Source: Escherichia virus TH15
Length of the DNA: 64,000 nucleotides
Sequence record: MT446392.1
Reading direction: 5' to 3' (one strand)
Notes under the pieces: generated by a model
The model's database searches: none
Told to the model about the DNA's origin: nothing
Seen by the model: only the letters and a program-made list of their open reading frames with translations
Shown: piece after piece, positions 17,972 through 29,253 of the stretch
How positions within the stretch are numbered: the first letter of the stretch is position 1
Layout of the letters: each line of letters opens with the position of its first letter
Made by a program: the position numbers and the translations under genes

Positions 17972-19504
17972 ATGATTTTAGATATTTTAAATGAAATTGC
18001 TGCAACCGATTCTACGAAAGAGAAACAAGCTATCCTGGAATCGTATTCTGAAAATGAAACGCTTAAACGTGTGTATCGTTTGACATATTCCAAAGGTATT
18101 CAGTTTTATATCAAGAAATGGCCAAAACCTGGGACAACGACTCAAAGCTTTGGCATGTTGAATATAAGTGATATGCTTGACTTTATCGAATTCACATTAG
18201 CACCTCGTAAATTAACAGGTAATGCTGCAATCGAGGAATTATCGGGTTATATTGCTGATGGTAAAAAAGCAGATGTTGAAGTCCTGCGCCGTGTGATGAT
18301 GCGTGACCTGGAATGTGGTGCATCCGTATCGATTGCGAATAAAGTTTGGAAAGGCTTAATTCCTGAACAACCGCAGATGCTCGCTTCTTCCTATGATGAA
18401 GCTGGTATTGCCAAGAACATTAAGTTCCCGGCCTTTGCGCAATTGAAAGCCGACGGCGCTCGGTGCTTTGCAGAAGTTCGTGGCGATGAGTTGGATGATG
18501 TTCGATTGTTATCCCGAGCCGGTAACGAATACCTCAAGCTTGACCTTCTTAAAAAGGAATTGATTGAAGCCACCCGTGAAGCGCGTGAGAGACATCCTGA
18601 GGGCGTTTTGATTGATGGCGAGTTAGTATATCATGAACAGAAAACAGTTGCCCAGGATGATGGTTTGGCCTTTCTTTTTGACGATACAGAGCAAGCCGAG
18701 ACTCAAATTGAATCTGCGGAATCTCGTACTAAGTCAAACGGTCTAGCGAACAAATCATTAAAAGGAACTATCACTGCGGTTGAAGCAGCTGGCATGAAAT
18801 TCCAGGTCTGGGATTATGTTCCGTTGATTGAAGTGTATTCAGATGTTAAAATTCTTAACCCTCTGAAATATGATGTGCGGTTCGCGGTATTAGAGAAGAT
18901 GATTGCAGATAACGTGGTGCTTCATGGCTACGACCGTATGATTCTGATTGAAAACCACGTGGTTAATAACCTCGAAGAAGCCAAAGCCATCTATAAGAAA
19001 TATATTGCTTTAAAGCTCGAAGGTATTATTCTTAAAAACACTGCAGCTCCTTGGGAAAACAAGCGCTCTAAGAATATGTACAAGTTCAAAGAAGTTATTG
19101 ACATCGCTTTGGAAATTATCGGATTCTATGAGCACGAGAAAGACCCAAATAAAATTGGTGGTGTTGTGCTTCAATCTTCTTGCGGTAAAATTGTTACCAA
19201 TTGTGGGTCAGGCTTCAAAGATACAACACAAGTCAAAGACCCGAAGACTAAGAAATGGACTATTATCCCAATTGATGAGCGTCATGAAATGGACCGCGAA
19301 GCTCTTATGATTAAGGCTTGCAAAGGTGAATTAGTTGGAATGATTGCTGATTGTGAATGTAATGGTTGGTTAACTTCTGAAACTCGTAAAGATAATACTG
19401 TTAAACTGTTTCTTCCGATTATCAAAGGGTTCAGATTCGATAAAGATAAGGCAGATACTTTCGAAGAAGTATTTGGCGACTGGTCACAGACGGGGTTAAA
19501 ATAA
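17972..19504 (+). CDS. 30: ATP-dependent DNA ligase
   Basis: 510-aa ORF; MILDILNEIA...KADGAR (KxDG adenylation motif); closely resembles T4 gp30 (487 aa) as recalled. Confidence 0.93.
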   Translation: MILDILNEIAATDSTKEKQAILESYSENETLKRVYRLTYSKGIQFYIKKWPKPGTTTQSFGMLNISDMLDFIEFTLAPRKLTGNAAIEELSGYIADGKKADVEVLRRVMMRDLECGASVSIANKVWKGLIPEQPQMLASSYDEAGIAKNIKFPAFAQLKADGARCFAEVRGDELDDVRLLSRAGNEYLKLDLLKKELIEATREARERHPEGVLIDGELVYHEQKTVAQDDGLAFLFDDTEQAETQIESAESRTKSNGLANKSLKGTITAVEAAGMKFQVWDYVPLIEVYSDVKILNPLKYDVRFAVLEKMIADNVVLHGYDRMILIENHVVNNLEEAKAIYKKYIALKLEGIILKNTAAPWENKRSKNMYKFKEVIDIALEIIGFYEHEKDPNKIGGVVLQSSCGKIVTNCGSGFKDTTQVKDPKTKKWTIIPIDERHEMDREALMIKACKGELVGMIADCECNGWLTSETRKDNTVKLFLPIIKGFRFDKDKADTFEEVFGDWSQTGLK

Positions 19505-19505
19505 C

Positions 19506-19528
19506 AAAAGGGCTTCGGCCCTTTTTTA
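19506..19528 (+). terminator. rho-independent terminator (GGGCUUCGGCCC + U6)
   Basis: Same hairpin sequence as at 5971-5982. Confidence 0.8.
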
Positions 19529-19529
19529 G

Positions 19530-19537
19530 TATAAATA
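19530..19537 (+). promoter_or_regulatory. late promoter TATAAATA upstream of alt
   Basis: Exact TATAAATA 26 nt upstream of the alt ATG. Confidence 0.5.
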
Positions 19538-19562
19538 CATCATATTTTATAAGGAACCTATT

Positions 19563-21614
19563 ATGTCTGAACAATTAAATGAACTCTTTGACAAATATAT
19601 CGAAACCTTCGGTTATCCTGTCATTAATATGAATCCAAAATACAAGGTCCCACAGGTTTGGCAATTCGGTGTTCCTGGGACCAATTCTCTTATGGCCCGT
19701 TTGATGCAATTCACGGGCAAAGAAACAGTTAAACAATATAAACGTGGTGATGCAATTGCCGAGGTATTCCTGCTCTCCGGGACTTCACACGGTCATGCTG
19801 TTCCTCTGAAGGGTGGCCTAGGTGAAAAACCTCTTGATGCGATTAACCTGATTTTTACCACAGTCTGGGAAAGTATCAAACTAGGCAAACCTGATGTAGT
19901 CTTGTTCCGTTTCCCCTCCAAAAAGATGAAAGGTCAAGAGCAAGCTGTTATTCGTATTATGAATCGACTGATTCAAATGAAAACTTCCGGGCGTTATCAT
20001 GTTCTTCCGAATGCATCTGGTCTCGGTAAAAAGAACGCTTATGTAATTATGTACAAAAAGGGTGTTGACCTACTGTCGGTTGATGGTATGCCTCCAGTCC
20101 CTGAGAAATATCAAAAAGTCACAACAAAAGTTGGCGACGTATTCACCAATAAAGATAACGGTGCACAAGTCTCCAAACAAGAAATCGCAGCCGAAGTTCT
20201 GATTGATGCCGCAAACAAAAAGACCGATGCTTCTGTTGCACAGAAAACTAAAATCAGTCGCCGAGCTATTGCACAAGCCCAGTATGCACCAAATGAGAAT
20301 GTCCCAGAAGGTTGGGATGAAATTGATGCAGAAGCTGCTAAATTTAGTCGACCTGCGACTGCTGAATTAATTGATGATGCCGAAGAACTGGAAATTTTTG
20401 TTCGACCTTCTGAAACGAATACTATGGCACGTATGCGCGCAGCAGATATGGCTATGCGAGCAAATGGTGTTTGGAAAGAAGAAATTCGTGTTGAAGACAC
20501 TGACCCAATTTTTAACCGTATGCACCGTGAACTTAAACGTGCTCCAGTCGGCAGTATGAAGCAGATGCAGATTTTTGCCGAATCATGTGCAGAAATTCTT
20601 AACCTTCGTAAAGCTGCATTTATCGAAAGAAAAATGAATGATGCTCCCCCTAACCTGGATGCAGCCACTTATGCAGCCACGCTCTGGGAAGAAGAATACA
20701 CAAGCGCCATTCGTGTTGCAGTTAAAGACTTTGCCGAAGAAGCATCAGAAAATACTCTTAATTTCACAGCAGGGTATACTGACAACCGTTTCCATTATGG
20801 CCAGCGAGAAGCAATTGCAGATTATTGTGGAGCAAACTATGTCGATATTAATAATTATTTGATGGGTAATTATTATGAAGAAGATGCTGAATTCCTAAAT
20901 CTGGACAGAGTTGTCGAAACAATTAAGGAATTGGATTCGGCCTTTGAAATTGGACATAAGTTGCCACCCGATACAACTCTTTGGCGTGGTCAATATTTAA
21001 ATGTTCCTACATTTAATAAAATTAAGCAATCGAAATTATTTTATTTCAGGAACTATGTATCAACGTCGTTTAAACCGATTATCTTTGGTGGCTGGGTGGC
21101 GAACGTTGCTATGGCCGCAGTTCATCAGGACTATCGTGATGGGACATCTTTCCAGGCTGATGACGAAATTGTTTTACCAAATATTCCGGGTGCAAACCCA
21201 GATAACGCAATGATTCATGTTGGTTGGAAAATTTCTGGGGCGGACTTAATTAACGTAATTGTTCCCGGCGAATTGTCAGGAAACCCGACCGAGCAAGAAG
21301 TTATTCTTCCTCGTGGAACTATAGTTAAGATTACAAAGATTACGGATGCGTCGTATCAAGGAAATGCGAACGTCAAAATGCTGGAAGCGGATATCCAGAC
21401 CACTGACCAACTGGATGAAAATGCAGTTATCTATGATGGTGATGTGTTGATGGAAACTGGCGAGCTTGTCGTTTATAAAGGCGAGGAACCAGAAGAATCT
21501 GTTGACTTCGCATCGTTTGCATCCTCCAGGGTGACGAAGAAAGTCAACCAAGGCCTTGGTATTCTTGCTAGTTGTATTAATTTGGAAAGTATTCCTCCTA
21601 AATTCCTTTCATAG
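19563..21614 (+). CDS. alt: ADP-ribosyltransferase Alt (virion-packaged)
   Basis: 683-aa ORF (T4 Alt 682 aa); position next to gene 30; N-terminal sequence resembles T4 Alt as recalled. Confidence 0.85.
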   Translation: MSEQLNELFDKYIETFGYPVINMNPKYKVPQVWQFGVPGTNSLMARLMQFTGKETVKQYKRGDAIAEVFLLSGTSHGHAVPLKGGLGEKPLDAINLIFTTVWESIKLGKPDVVLFRFPSKKMKGQEQAVIRIMNRLIQMKTSGRYHVLPNASGLGKKNAYVIMYKKGVDLLSVDGMPPVPEKYQKVTTKVGDVFTNKDNGAQVSKQEIAAEVLIDAANKKTDASVAQKTKISRRAIAQAQYAPNENVPEGWDEIDAEAAKFSRPATAELIDDAEELEIFVRPSETNTMARMRAADMAMRANGVWKEEIRVEDTDPIFNRMHRELKRAPVGSMKQMQIFAESCAEILNLRKAAFIERKMNDAPPNLDAATYAATLWEEEYTSAIRVAVKDFAEEASENTLNFTAGYTDNRFHYGQREAIADYCGANYVDINNYLMGNYYEEDAEFLNLDRVVETIKELDSAFEIGHKLPPDTTLWRGQYLNVPTFNKIKQSKLFYFRNYVSTSFKPIIFGGWVANVAMAAVHQDYRDGTSFQADDEIVLPNIPGANPDNAMIHVGWKISGADLINVIVPGELSGNPTEQEVILPRGTIVKITKITDASYQGNANVKMLEADIQTTDQLDENAVIYDGDVLMETGELVVYKGEEPEESVDFASFASSRVTKKVNQGLGILASCINLESIPPKFLS

Positions 21615-21616
21615 GG

Positions 21617-21646
21617 GTTTACAAGCACAAGGAAGTGCGATACAAT
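21617..21646 (+). promoter_or_regulatory. putative early promoter (GTTTAC, 18 nt, TACAAT)
   Basis: GTTTAC 21617-21622, TACAAT 21641-21646. Confidence 0.45.
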
Positions 21647-21677
21647 GTTCATATCAATTGTACATGAGGAAAACAAA

Positions 21678-21968
21678 ATGAAATCATCTTTTCGCTTTAA
21701 TGGTCAGGAACTGGTAGTTGAGAATGTTATCCCAGCTTCAGAAGAGTTTGACAGCGCAGTGGGTAATGAATTACGCCGCGTGTTTGGTGAAGATAAGAAG
21801 TTTGACCTTCGCCCTGTTGAAAACTTTGTAAATTCTGAACAAACAGAAAATATTTTTAATGGTATAGTAACTGGGCAGCTTGAATCTGAAACGCCAATTG
21901 CGATTACAGTCTTTGTTAAGAAAGAAGCTGTAATGACTGTAGCAGGTTTCATTTCATTCCGCAAATAA
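21678..21968 (+). CDS. hypothetical protein, 96 aa (alt-adjacent)
   Basis: ATG 21678 with RBS cassette ACATGAGGAAAACAAA-ATG identical to that at 11165-11183. Confidence 0.55.
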   Translation: MKSSFRFNGQELVVENVIPASEEFDSAVGNELRRVFGEDKKFDLRPVENFVNSEQTENIFNGIVTGQLESETPIAITVFVKKEAVMTVAGFISFRK

Positions 21969-21997
21969 AAAAGGGACCTTCGGGTCCCTTTCTTTTT
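21967..21997. terminator. bidirectional terminator (GGGACCUUCGGGUCCC)
   Basis: Hairpin flanked by A-run and T-run between convergent + ORF and gene 54. Confidence 0.75.
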
Positions 21998-22955
21998 ATA
22001 ATATACGTTGACTTCCACCAGAGACTGCTCTCCCAGAACCAGTGAACGTATTGTACAGACTTGTTAATCCAGATTGGGCACCAGACAGGCGACTCAATTT
22101 GGCAACTTCTGCGTTCAAGTTGTTATCTGAACTAATACCAGATACACCCTTAATAACCTTATCTTCCAACCATTCTAATGCAGCATTTCTTCCCACCGCC
22201 CCAGTTGACATAACGCGATAAGCAAAAGTCACATCAAATGTAGCTATCTGATTATCCCCTTCATAGCTCAATTCAGGCGCAGATACACTTACAGGAACAC
22301 AACCAGTTAACATAACAACCGTGTGTGGCAATCCATTACGTGAGTGAAGGTTGACCTGAATATCTGCTTCAACATCTTCAGGCAAAGCTCTTAGCTGGGT
22401 AACTGGGTCCTGTACAGAGTTAACCCAATCGTTAAATGCTCTGAAGTTCCCTGCCTCTGAATCCATTCTAAAGCTTAATACCAACGGAGAATATTCTCTC
22501 CCTGTTATCTTGATATTTGGTGCGTTATGGTTAAGGTCCATTTCGTAGTTCAATGTGTTGTCCGGAAGCTTAACGGAGTGAACTAATAGCCCGGCCGTTG
22601 GATAAGCCATATTAAAGAAATCAAGCAGGTAAGTACCAACCTCAAATTCCCCTAATAATGATTGCACAACACGGTTACTCATTGCCCCAATAAGATATTT
22701 GCTTATACCGGATTTACGAATAAGCTTTTGAGTTCCTGCAGTAACAAGAGTTGTTATTCCCTGGGTTAAGTCGCCTTGTGTTAAACCAAACCAATCCGAG
22801 TTAACAGGAAGGTTGCTGAATAATGCACCACCGAACTGGTCCAGAAGATTCTGGGATTTAGAGGAAGGCGCGGTCGCGAAGACCACGCTAAAAAGGTTAT
22901 TCCTCTGCAAGTCGATATTAATCGCTTGTGTTTGAAATTCTTGTAAAGTAAACAT
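21996..22955 (-). CDS. 54: baseplate tail-tube initiator
   Basis: 319-aa ORF (T4 gp54 320 aa); tail-tube fold family; synteny. Confidence 0.88.
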   Translation of the reverse strand: MFTLQEFQTQAINIDLQRNNLFSVVFATAPSSKSQNLLDQFGGALFSNLPVNSDWFGLTQGDLTQGITTLVTAGTQKLIRKSGISKYLIGAMSNRVVQSLLGEFEVGTYLLDFFNMAYPTAGLLVHSVKLPDNTLNYEMDLNHNAPNIKITGREYSPLVLSFRMDSEAGNFRAFNDWVNSVQDPVTQLRALPEDVEADIQVNLHSRNGLPHTVVMLTGCVPVSVSAPELSYEGDNQIATFDVTFAYRVMSTGAVGRNAALEWLEDKVIKGVSGISSDNNLNAEVAKLSRLSGAQSGLTSLYNTFTGSGRAVSGGSQRIL

Positions 22956-24049
22956 TAGAAACCTTCCGCATATAATGAGCCACGGTTAAGCGTAATGATT
23001 TCACGGAAAGTGATTTCAAGTACAAAAGTCGATGGCAGGTTAGGAGCAATAGCTAATCCACCGAAATGACCATCCGGAGATTTATCGAATCTTATGCTCT
23101 GAATCTGACATGGCCCAAATAGCTCACCACGGCCATCGTATGAGCTTGTATCACCAAAGTTACGGATATACCAGATAGTAGGGTTAGAGACCACCAGAAC
23201 GTTCGTTAAGAAGCTTGTTATCTCTTCACCGAGCAACTTACCGTCAAAGTTATCGATTGCTTCCTTTTTGAAGGTGGATTTATACCACGTATCGATTTTA
23301 TCTTTCAGCTCGGAAGCAAACGAACTTTTACCGGTTTCCCCATATGAGTAATAGTTAAAAATCTCGTATATCTTCACTATCTGGATTAAGTCTTGCGCGC
23401 TACGTGGAGTCATTTCCCATGTGTAAACTTTTGTCCTGTTATCCGGACCAGCATACATGCTTCTTGCCGTTGTGTAAATCTGTTCGCCATGGTCGGCCAT
23501 TACACCGTTTGTAACTGATTCGAGTGCGCCAAAAACTGCAGTCGATGCGATGTTACTAAGAATACCAGTAGCTGAGCCGCCGCCTTTCGTAATAAGAGAT
23601 TCGCCAACATCATTGAATCGATGCGATACGGATTCTACATCAGACTTCGAACGAGGCAACAGGATATTTGCAACAGCGTTCGAATCAAAACTTTTACCTG
23701 TTGAACCGGAACCGGTTAATTTTGATTTAGCAAAAGATGTTAAACTTTTAACCGGGTTAAATGAAGCACCATTGGAAACTTTCTTTAATGAAGTCAATTG
23801 GCTTGACCGGTCTGAGCGTAATTCCGGAGATGTTCTTGAACTGAAATTGTATGCCGTGAATAACAGACCATTTTTATAAAGGTCATTAACTCGCATATCA
23901 TCTGAAGAATCATTACCGGAAGCTCGTTCTGCTGGATATTGTGCCACAATAGTAGCTTGAGTCTGGGCAGCTTTTGACTGCCCAGCGGAGGTCTTAGAAC
24001 CTCCGTTAAATAAACCCGCAATATCTAAATCGAGTTCTTTTACTTTCAT
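22955..24049 (-). CDS. 48: baseplate tail-tube cap / junction protein
   Basis: 364-aa ORF, same length as T4 gp48; synteny. Confidence 0.88.
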   Translation of the reverse strand: MKVKELDLDIAGLFNGGSKTSAGQSKAAQTQATIVAQYPAERASGNDSSDDMRVNDLYKNGLLFTAYNFSSRTSPELRSDRSSQLTSLKKVSNGASFNPVKSLTSFAKSKLTGSGSTGKSFDSNAVANILLPRSKSDVESVSHRFNDVGESLITKGGGSATGILSNIASTAVFGALESVTNGVMADHGEQIYTTARSMYAGPDNRTKVYTWEMTPRSAQDLIQIVKIYEIFNYYSYGETGKSSFASELKDKIDTWYKSTFKKEAIDNFDGKLLGEEITSFLTNVLVVSNPTIWYIRNFGDTSSYDGRGELFGPCQIQSIRFDKSPDGHFGGLAIAPNLPSTFVLEITFREIITLNRGSLYAEGF

Positions 24050-24057
24050 GTTATTCC

Positions 24058-25803
24058 TTAGTTAATTCTCGTGGCCTGTCTCATGCCAGGGGCAGGGGTT
24101 GAACTTTGAGGAGGCATATTGTATTGCGTCCTGGAAGTCTTCTGAATATTATTGACTGTGTTAATTTGGGCCTGAGCCGGTGCATCCTTGTATTTATTTT
24201 CTTTGGCCTTCATACCTTCGTCAACCTTCGCAGCTTGTTGTGCGTCCGGAGAAGTCTTAACATCTGGCGGTTTAACTTTCGGTTCGTCTTTGAACTTCTC
24301 AAGAGACTTATCGAGTTTTTCCAACAGGGCGCGCATATTCAGGTCTTTCGGAGCTCCACCTTTTGCCATAGCAGGGTCAGCTAATTGTTTTTCAATGTTA
24401 GCTCTCATTTCCAGCGCATTCTTTTTATCGGTTGCGTCTGGCTTCATTAGGTTGTCGGCAGTTTGGGTCAAACGAATAATATCAGCCTGCGCTTTGTCAC
24501 GCTTCTTGAAATAGTCCAGACGTTCTTCTTCCGGAAGGTCTCTGAAGCTTGTGTCAATACCACCCGCGCGAAGCTGGTCAGCTTGTTCCTTGGTAAGGTT
24601 ACCATATTTTTCGGCTTGATTAATTAGTTCAGGTTTATCCTTATACTTCTTATTCATCTTCTCTGCAGCTTCCATTGCTTCGGCCGAACGTTTGTCATGA
24701 TATTTTGCTATCTTGGTTTGGTCTTCATCATCCAGAGTTGCCCCTGTATTTTGCTGATAAGACATCAAAGCTGAGGCCTCCACATTATCTGCTAAATCGC
24801 CCATCCCAGGGATTTTACTTAAGATAGCCGAGATTAATTTTGAAATACCAAGCATAAGAAGTTGAGCCATATTCTTCGTTAAGTTAACCATCCCACGGAT
24901 AATAGCTTCTGCCAGCCCAAGCCAATTTCTTTCACTAAACATTGCTTCAGCATTCTTAGCCCAAGTCATTAATCCTTCGAGTAATGGCCCCCATTCTTTG
25001 AACTTATCATTAAATTCTTTCCAACCAGCTTCAAATTGCTTCATGAAATACTGGAAGTAAACTCGTATTGCATCGATGCCGAATACCAACAACAATAATC
25101 CGCCTATTAATTTAGCTGCTTCAGCTGCCGCAGTTATTGTGTATTTGAACAACATCCCTGAGATTCGGTCGGCTACAGAAACCGATGCCTTAAATCCTTT
25201 TTCGGTTATCTTCGAAAGAGTGTCAAGCTTATCGCCGAGAGACCAAGTATTAGTCTCTTTACCTTCTGCATCATTCTTTGGCTGCTCCGGTTCCGGTATG
25301 AAGTCTGCATCTGGCTTTTGTTCTTCGGGTGGTATAAGCGCTGGAACGCTCGCTGTGGGCTTATTCTCTTCAGGCTCTGGTAATGCATCCTCAACGGGTT
25401 TAAGGCTTTCAGAACCAGCCATAGGAGACGTGACGCCTATTTTACCGCTTATCATTGCGCTGAGTTTGTCGAGCTTATCCGAGAGAATATCCGTGAGGTT
25501 TTTAATCCCTTGTTGAGTCTTCTCGGTGGCTTCAGCCGTCAGTTCGACCCCAGCACTGATATCCTGGAGGACTCCATTATTGGTTTGGATATTCTCGATA
25601 ATCTGATTACCCTTATCCTCAATAGCTTCCGATACAAGTTCGGTCGCAGCCTGAGTATTTGTAAGAGTCGTATTCAGATTCGATAGTTCATCATTCTGTT
25701 CAGCAGAGAGGGCTTCCGCCCTCCTTTGTGGTGCTAATTCTTCGATAAGCTTTTTATTCGGTCCACCGCGTCTGAAGCTCGTTTGTTCGGAGTTCTTATT
25801 CAT
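24058..25803 (-). CDS. 29: tail tape-measure / baseplate hub protein
   Basis: 581-aa ORF (T4 gp29 590 aa); alpha-helical, Ala/Lys-rich; synteny. Confidence 0.88.
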   Translation of the reverse strand: MNKNSEQTSFRRGGPNKKLIEELAPQRRAEALSAEQNDELSNLNTTLTNTQAATELVSEAIEDKGNQIIENIQTNNGVLQDISAGVELTAEATEKTQQGIKNLTDILSDKLDKLSAMISGKIGVTSPMAGSESLKPVEDALPEPEENKPTASVPALIPPEEQKPDADFIPEPEQPKNDAEGKETNTWSLGDKLDTLSKITEKGFKASVSVADRISGMLFKYTITAAAEAAKLIGGLLLLVFGIDAIRVYFQYFMKQFEAGWKEFNDKFKEWGPLLEGLMTWAKNAEAMFSERNWLGLAEAIIRGMVNLTKNMAQLLMLGISKLISAILSKIPGMGDLADNVEASALMSYQQNTGATLDDEDQTKIAKYHDKRSAEAMEAAEKMNKKYKDKPELINQAEKYGNLTKEQADQLRAGGIDTSFRDLPEEERLDYFKKRDKAQADIIRLTQTADNLMKPDATDKKNALEMRANIEKQLADPAMAKGGAPKDLNMRALLEKLDKSLEKFKDEPKVKPPDVKTSPDAQQAAKVDEGMKAKENKYKDAPAQAQINTVNNIQKTSRTQYNMPPQSSTPAPGMRQATRIN

Positions 25804-26314
25804 TTAGGAGTTCCATTATTTTCAGTAACCCCTTAACAGGACCATTCGGGCCCGGGATTGCTAATGTGCTTGTGATATCGTCTGCCCACTTAGCAACAAA
25901 AGCAGGCATATCCAGAAAGTCTGGAACATCTTCCCCGAGATAAAGAGTCTCCAGAAGATTGTCAACTGGTCCGAATTCTTCATACGGTTTATTCGAGCGG
26001 AATTTAAATGTCTTTCCTTGATAAGAGAATTCAAGACGCTGGCAGATATAAACATCATCCAGCTTATATGTAAATCCATTAATCTCGCGTTTGTCTTTTA
26101 GCTTACCATTGAATTCCAGAAGATGTAAGGATACAAAGTCGGATTCGGCTGCTGTAAGATTAGGGAATATCGATTGCATAACCTTTCTTAATGCAGCGTA
26201 AGGGTTGGCCTCGTTTTTAATCAGATTGTGATGCTTGAGTCCAAGCTTAGGAACGTGAATCTCTTTATCACCCAGCTGTATTTTCTTCGTCGGCAGAATC
26301 AGTTTTAAGTTCAT
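25796..26314 (-). CDS. 28: baseplate distal hub subunit
   Basis: 172 aa from ATG at 26314 with GAAGG RBS (track start 26356 has no RBS); T4 gp28 177 aa. Confidence 0.75.
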   Translation of the reverse strand: MNLKLILPTKKIQLGDKEIHVPKLGLKHHNLIKNEANPYAALRKVMQSIFPNLTAAESDFVSLHLLEFNGKLKDKREINGFTYKLDDVYICQRLEFSYQGKTFKFRSNKPYEEFGPVDNLLETLYLGEDVPDFLDMPAFVAKWADDITSTLAIPGPNGPVKGLLKIMELLNE

Positions 26315-27437
26315 TTTTAACCTTCGGTGGTTCTTCAACTTCGATAGGCTTACCATTGGTAAACATATAGAGGTTTGTAATTGATGTATTGTTACTCACT
26401 TCATGAATAACTTCGTCTACGTAAAAATCATATTTGAATTGGTTCTTAGGGTCAAAGAAATTTATCTTATCACCCGGGGTTAATTCAAAGTTCCCGTACG
26501 TTTTGCAATGTGCGTAACCGTCATACTGAGACATGGTTATTAATCGTTGTGCTTCCTCGAAACCATTTCGGTACGTGTAATCCGAATAGCCTCCGGAACG
26601 AGATACCAGAATACTGTTTTGACCTTCCCCAAAAGTTATTCTGGTTGCATTCTTGTCAAGGAATGAATGTGCATACACGGTTGCGTTTTCGTATGGTTTT
26701 CTTGTGTGTTGGTTTGCCTTTGTTAACCATTCAAAATCGAAGGCTAACGGAGCATCGAGGTTTTGCACGAATTGGCCAATCAATCGAGGTTCACCCACCA
26801 CAAAATTAATTGGCTCTTGGGCGGTTAACCATTCATAATCCTGGATACTTATGCCATCGATATCTTCCCATACAAAAACAAATTTATCGGTTTCTACGGC
26901 CAGGCCAACTTCCCTTATGAATTCCATATATTGGTTCATCGAATCACACCATGGAACATTAGGAGCATAAACGTTTATGCCGTTTATCGGAGGAGCAAGT
27001 AATGGTCGGTCCTGATAAATTACCCCGGTCATTTCGACTAATGTTTCTTGTACACTCGGGTAAAACATACGACTAAATTTCAGGTCTTCAATTTCGTGAA
27101 TCGGCGCCAGTTGAATTGTAATTATGTTATCACCCTTTGAATCCACAGAAACCGCAAAGTGCTTGCTTCCGTATATCCTGGATTGGGTTCGGTCAGAGTT
27201 GGCATTCTTAACAGAAATCTGAATAATTTGTTCACCATTCATTTTTGTATGTAAATTCTTTGTGTCGTAGAATTGCAACAGCCCTTCGTTTCTTCCATAA
27301 AGGGAATCACGCATGGTTAACGTTGTAAATGTTGCAGCCAGTTCTACAAAACGGTGTTCAAGCCAGGCATCATAATCTTCATAAAGGCGTATGCTGATAT
27401 TAGGAAAGCCTTCGCGCTGCATAGATTTAGCTGTCAT
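26268..27437 (-). CDS. 27: baseplate hub subunit
   Basis: 389-aa ORF (T4 gp27 391 aa); synteny. Confidence 0.88.
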   Translation of the reverse strand: MTAKSMQREGFPNISIRLYEDYDAWLEHRFVELAATFTTLTMRDSLYGRNEGLLQFYDTKNLHTKMNGEQIIQISVKNANSDRTQSRIYGSKHFAVSVDSKGDNIITIQLAPIHEIEDLKFSRMFYPSVQETLVEMTGVIYQDRPLLAPPINGINVYAPNVPWCDSMNQYMEFIREVGLAVETDKFVFVWEDIDGISIQDYEWLTAQEPINFVVGEPRLIGQFVQNLDAPLAFDFEWLTKANQHTRKPYENATVYAHSFLDKNATRITFGEGQNSILVSRSGGYSDYTYRNGFEEAQRLITMSQYDGYAHCKTYGNFELTPGDKINFFDPKNQFKYDFYVDEVIHEVSNNTSITNLYMFTNGKPIEVEEPPKVKNELKTDSADEENTAG

Positions 27438-28186
27438 TTCTTCAAGTCCTTCTCAACTAACGATAAAGCGATACCTCGCTCGATAGGAATCATGTGCATG
27501 ATGCTATCCAGTGAATATTGATTCTTTACCAGCAAGTGGTTAATTTGATAAAATACAAAGACTTCATCCGGGTTAAGGATAAGCTTAAAGACATCAATCA
27601 AGTCTGTATATTCGGTTTTGTGCTTTTCGCAACAACCATATGTAAATGGAAGATAAATCGAGTGCATTTTCTTAAGGAGCTCTTCGAGACTCTCTATATC
27701 AATTGCATCGATAACTTGCATCTTCGTTTCTTCAGGAAGGTCTTCCCAATTGTACTTTTGTTCTGAGTCTTCGACAGTCTGGATGGTGTTTAGAACAAGC
27801 TCCGACTTATCTTTATATTCCACTTCAGGGAACTTAAATTGTATTTTTATCCCTGCGGTTTCCATCGTTGGATTTATCAATGGACCTTGACTCATGTTAA
27901 ACAAAGTCTGCTTTGTCTTTTTACATTTTTGACATTCGAACGCTACCGGGACTTTTGTCTTGCCGATAGAGGAAGTGAATACCTTCAGGAATATGTAAGG
28001 TCTCCATGCTTTCGGATACTCTCCAAAATAATCTTCTAACAGTTCGTCTAATAATTGTTTTTGTTCTTCGACGGGTTTGTTGTTCATGTCGTTTCGCACA
28101 AGCAGTAAATCACGGTAATCAGCGACTGTAAACGGTTTGAAACGATGAACTCCGTCTGGCATTTCACATCTTACGATATTGGCCAT
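27434..28186 (-). CDS. 51: baseplate hub assembly protein
   Basis: 250-aa ORF (T4 gp51 249 aa); Cys-rich; synteny. Confidence 0.85.
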   Translation of the reverse strand: MANIVRCEMPDGVHRFKPFTVADYRDLLLVRNDMNNKPVEEQKQLLDELLEDYFGEYPKAWRPYIFLKVFTSSIGKTKVPVAFECQKCKKTKQTLFNMSQGPLINPTMETAGIKIQFKFPEVEYKDKSELVLNTIQTVEDSEQKYNWEDLPEETKMQVIDAIDIESLEELLKKMHSIYLPFTYGCCEKHKTEYTDLIDVFKLILNPDEVFVFYQINHLLVKNQYSLDSIMHMIPIERGIALSLVEKDLKK

Positions 28187-28210
28187 AGAATCCCCTTTTA
28201 TCTTTATTGA

Positions 28211-28222
28211 TATTTATAAATA
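28211..28222. promoter_or_regulatory. palindromic late-promoter element TATTTATAAATA (TATAAATA on both strands)
   Basis: Perfect 12-bp palindrome between divergent genes 51 and 26. Confidence 0.45.
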
Positions 28223-28239
28223 CAGTAAAGGAGCAAATT

Positions 28240-28863
28240 ATGACTTATGAATTTATTGTCCAAATTAAAAATAAAACTATAAATTGTAGGGCTTTTACCT
28301 TGCGCGAATATAAAGATTTGCTTCAGGCAAAATTAGAAAAGCGTATGGAACCTGCAATAATTGAACTGCTTAATAAATGCACTGATGCTAAAGGGTTAAA
28401 CAAACAGGAAGCCGAGCTGCTTCTTATTAATCTCTGGGCAAATAGTCTCGGAGCTGTCAACGTCGAGCATACATGGGTATGTGAGTGTGGAAAGGAACAA
28501 GATATTCCGGTAACGATTAGCCGTGCGAGCATCGTGGACGAGTCTGAAGTTATTCGTGATTTTGGGTCGTTTAAAATTAAATTCCGTTATCCTGGACTGT
28601 TTGAAGACGGTGATAAAGGAAAAATGATTGCTTGTTGCATTGAATATATTATCACGGAAGGTGGCGAGCGCATCGTGGTTGATGACTTAAATGAAGCCGA
28701 AATCGAGGACCTGTACAACGCAATTACCCTCGATGATATCAATGCACTAACGGAAGAACTTCTCAAGCCACAGGTCCAAATGGCTATTCCTATCTCTTGT
28801 GAGTGTGGAGCGCATTCTGTCCATGTAATTAAGGGGCTTAAAGAATTCTTTAAGTTTATGTAA
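28240..28863 (+). CDS. 26: baseplate hub subunit
   Basis: 207 aa from ATG 28240 with AAGGAG RBS (T4 gp26 208 aa). Confidence 0.82.
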   Translation: MTYEFIVQIKNKTINCRAFTLREYKDLLQAKLEKRMEPAIIELLNKCTDAKGLNKQEAELLLINLWANSLGAVNVEHTWVCECGKEQDIPVTISRASIVDESEVIRDFGSFKIKFRYPGLFEDGDKGKMIACCIEYIITEGGERIVVDDLNEAEIEDLYNAITLDDINALTEELLKPQVQMAIPISCECGAHSVHVIKGLKEFFKFM

Positions 28864-29253
28864 ATGAATATAAACAAAATGTATAGCGATGTGTCTCCTG
28901 ACTTGTCAATGAGTTGGGATAAAGACGTTGCTAAAGTAACTGGTGCAAGGTCTGTTAAGAACAGTCTTCTGGGAATAATCACCACAAGAAAAGGGTCAAG
29001 GCCTTTTATGCCTGAATTTGGATGTGATATAAGTAATCAGCTTTTTGAGAATATCACTCCATTAATCACAGATACCATTAAACGCAACATCGTCTCCGCT
29101 GTGCGGAACTTCGAACCAAGGATAAGCAATTTGCAGGTTGCAGTTGTCCCTATGTATGATGATAACTCCATCATCGTAACGGTTCAGTTCAGCATTGTTG
29201 ATGACCCTGACACCCTCGAACAAATCAGGATTCAGTTAAGTCAAAACGGTTAA
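28864..29253 (+). CDS. 25: baseplate wedge subunit
   Basis: 129-aa ORF (T4 gp25 132 aa); synteny. Confidence 0.88.
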   Translation: MNINKMYSDVSPDLSMSWDKDVAKVTGARSVKNSLLGIITTRKGSRPFMPEFGCDISNQLFENITPLITDTIKRNIVSAVRNFEPRISNLQVAVVPMYDDNSIIVTVQFSIVDDPDTLEQIRIQLSQNG

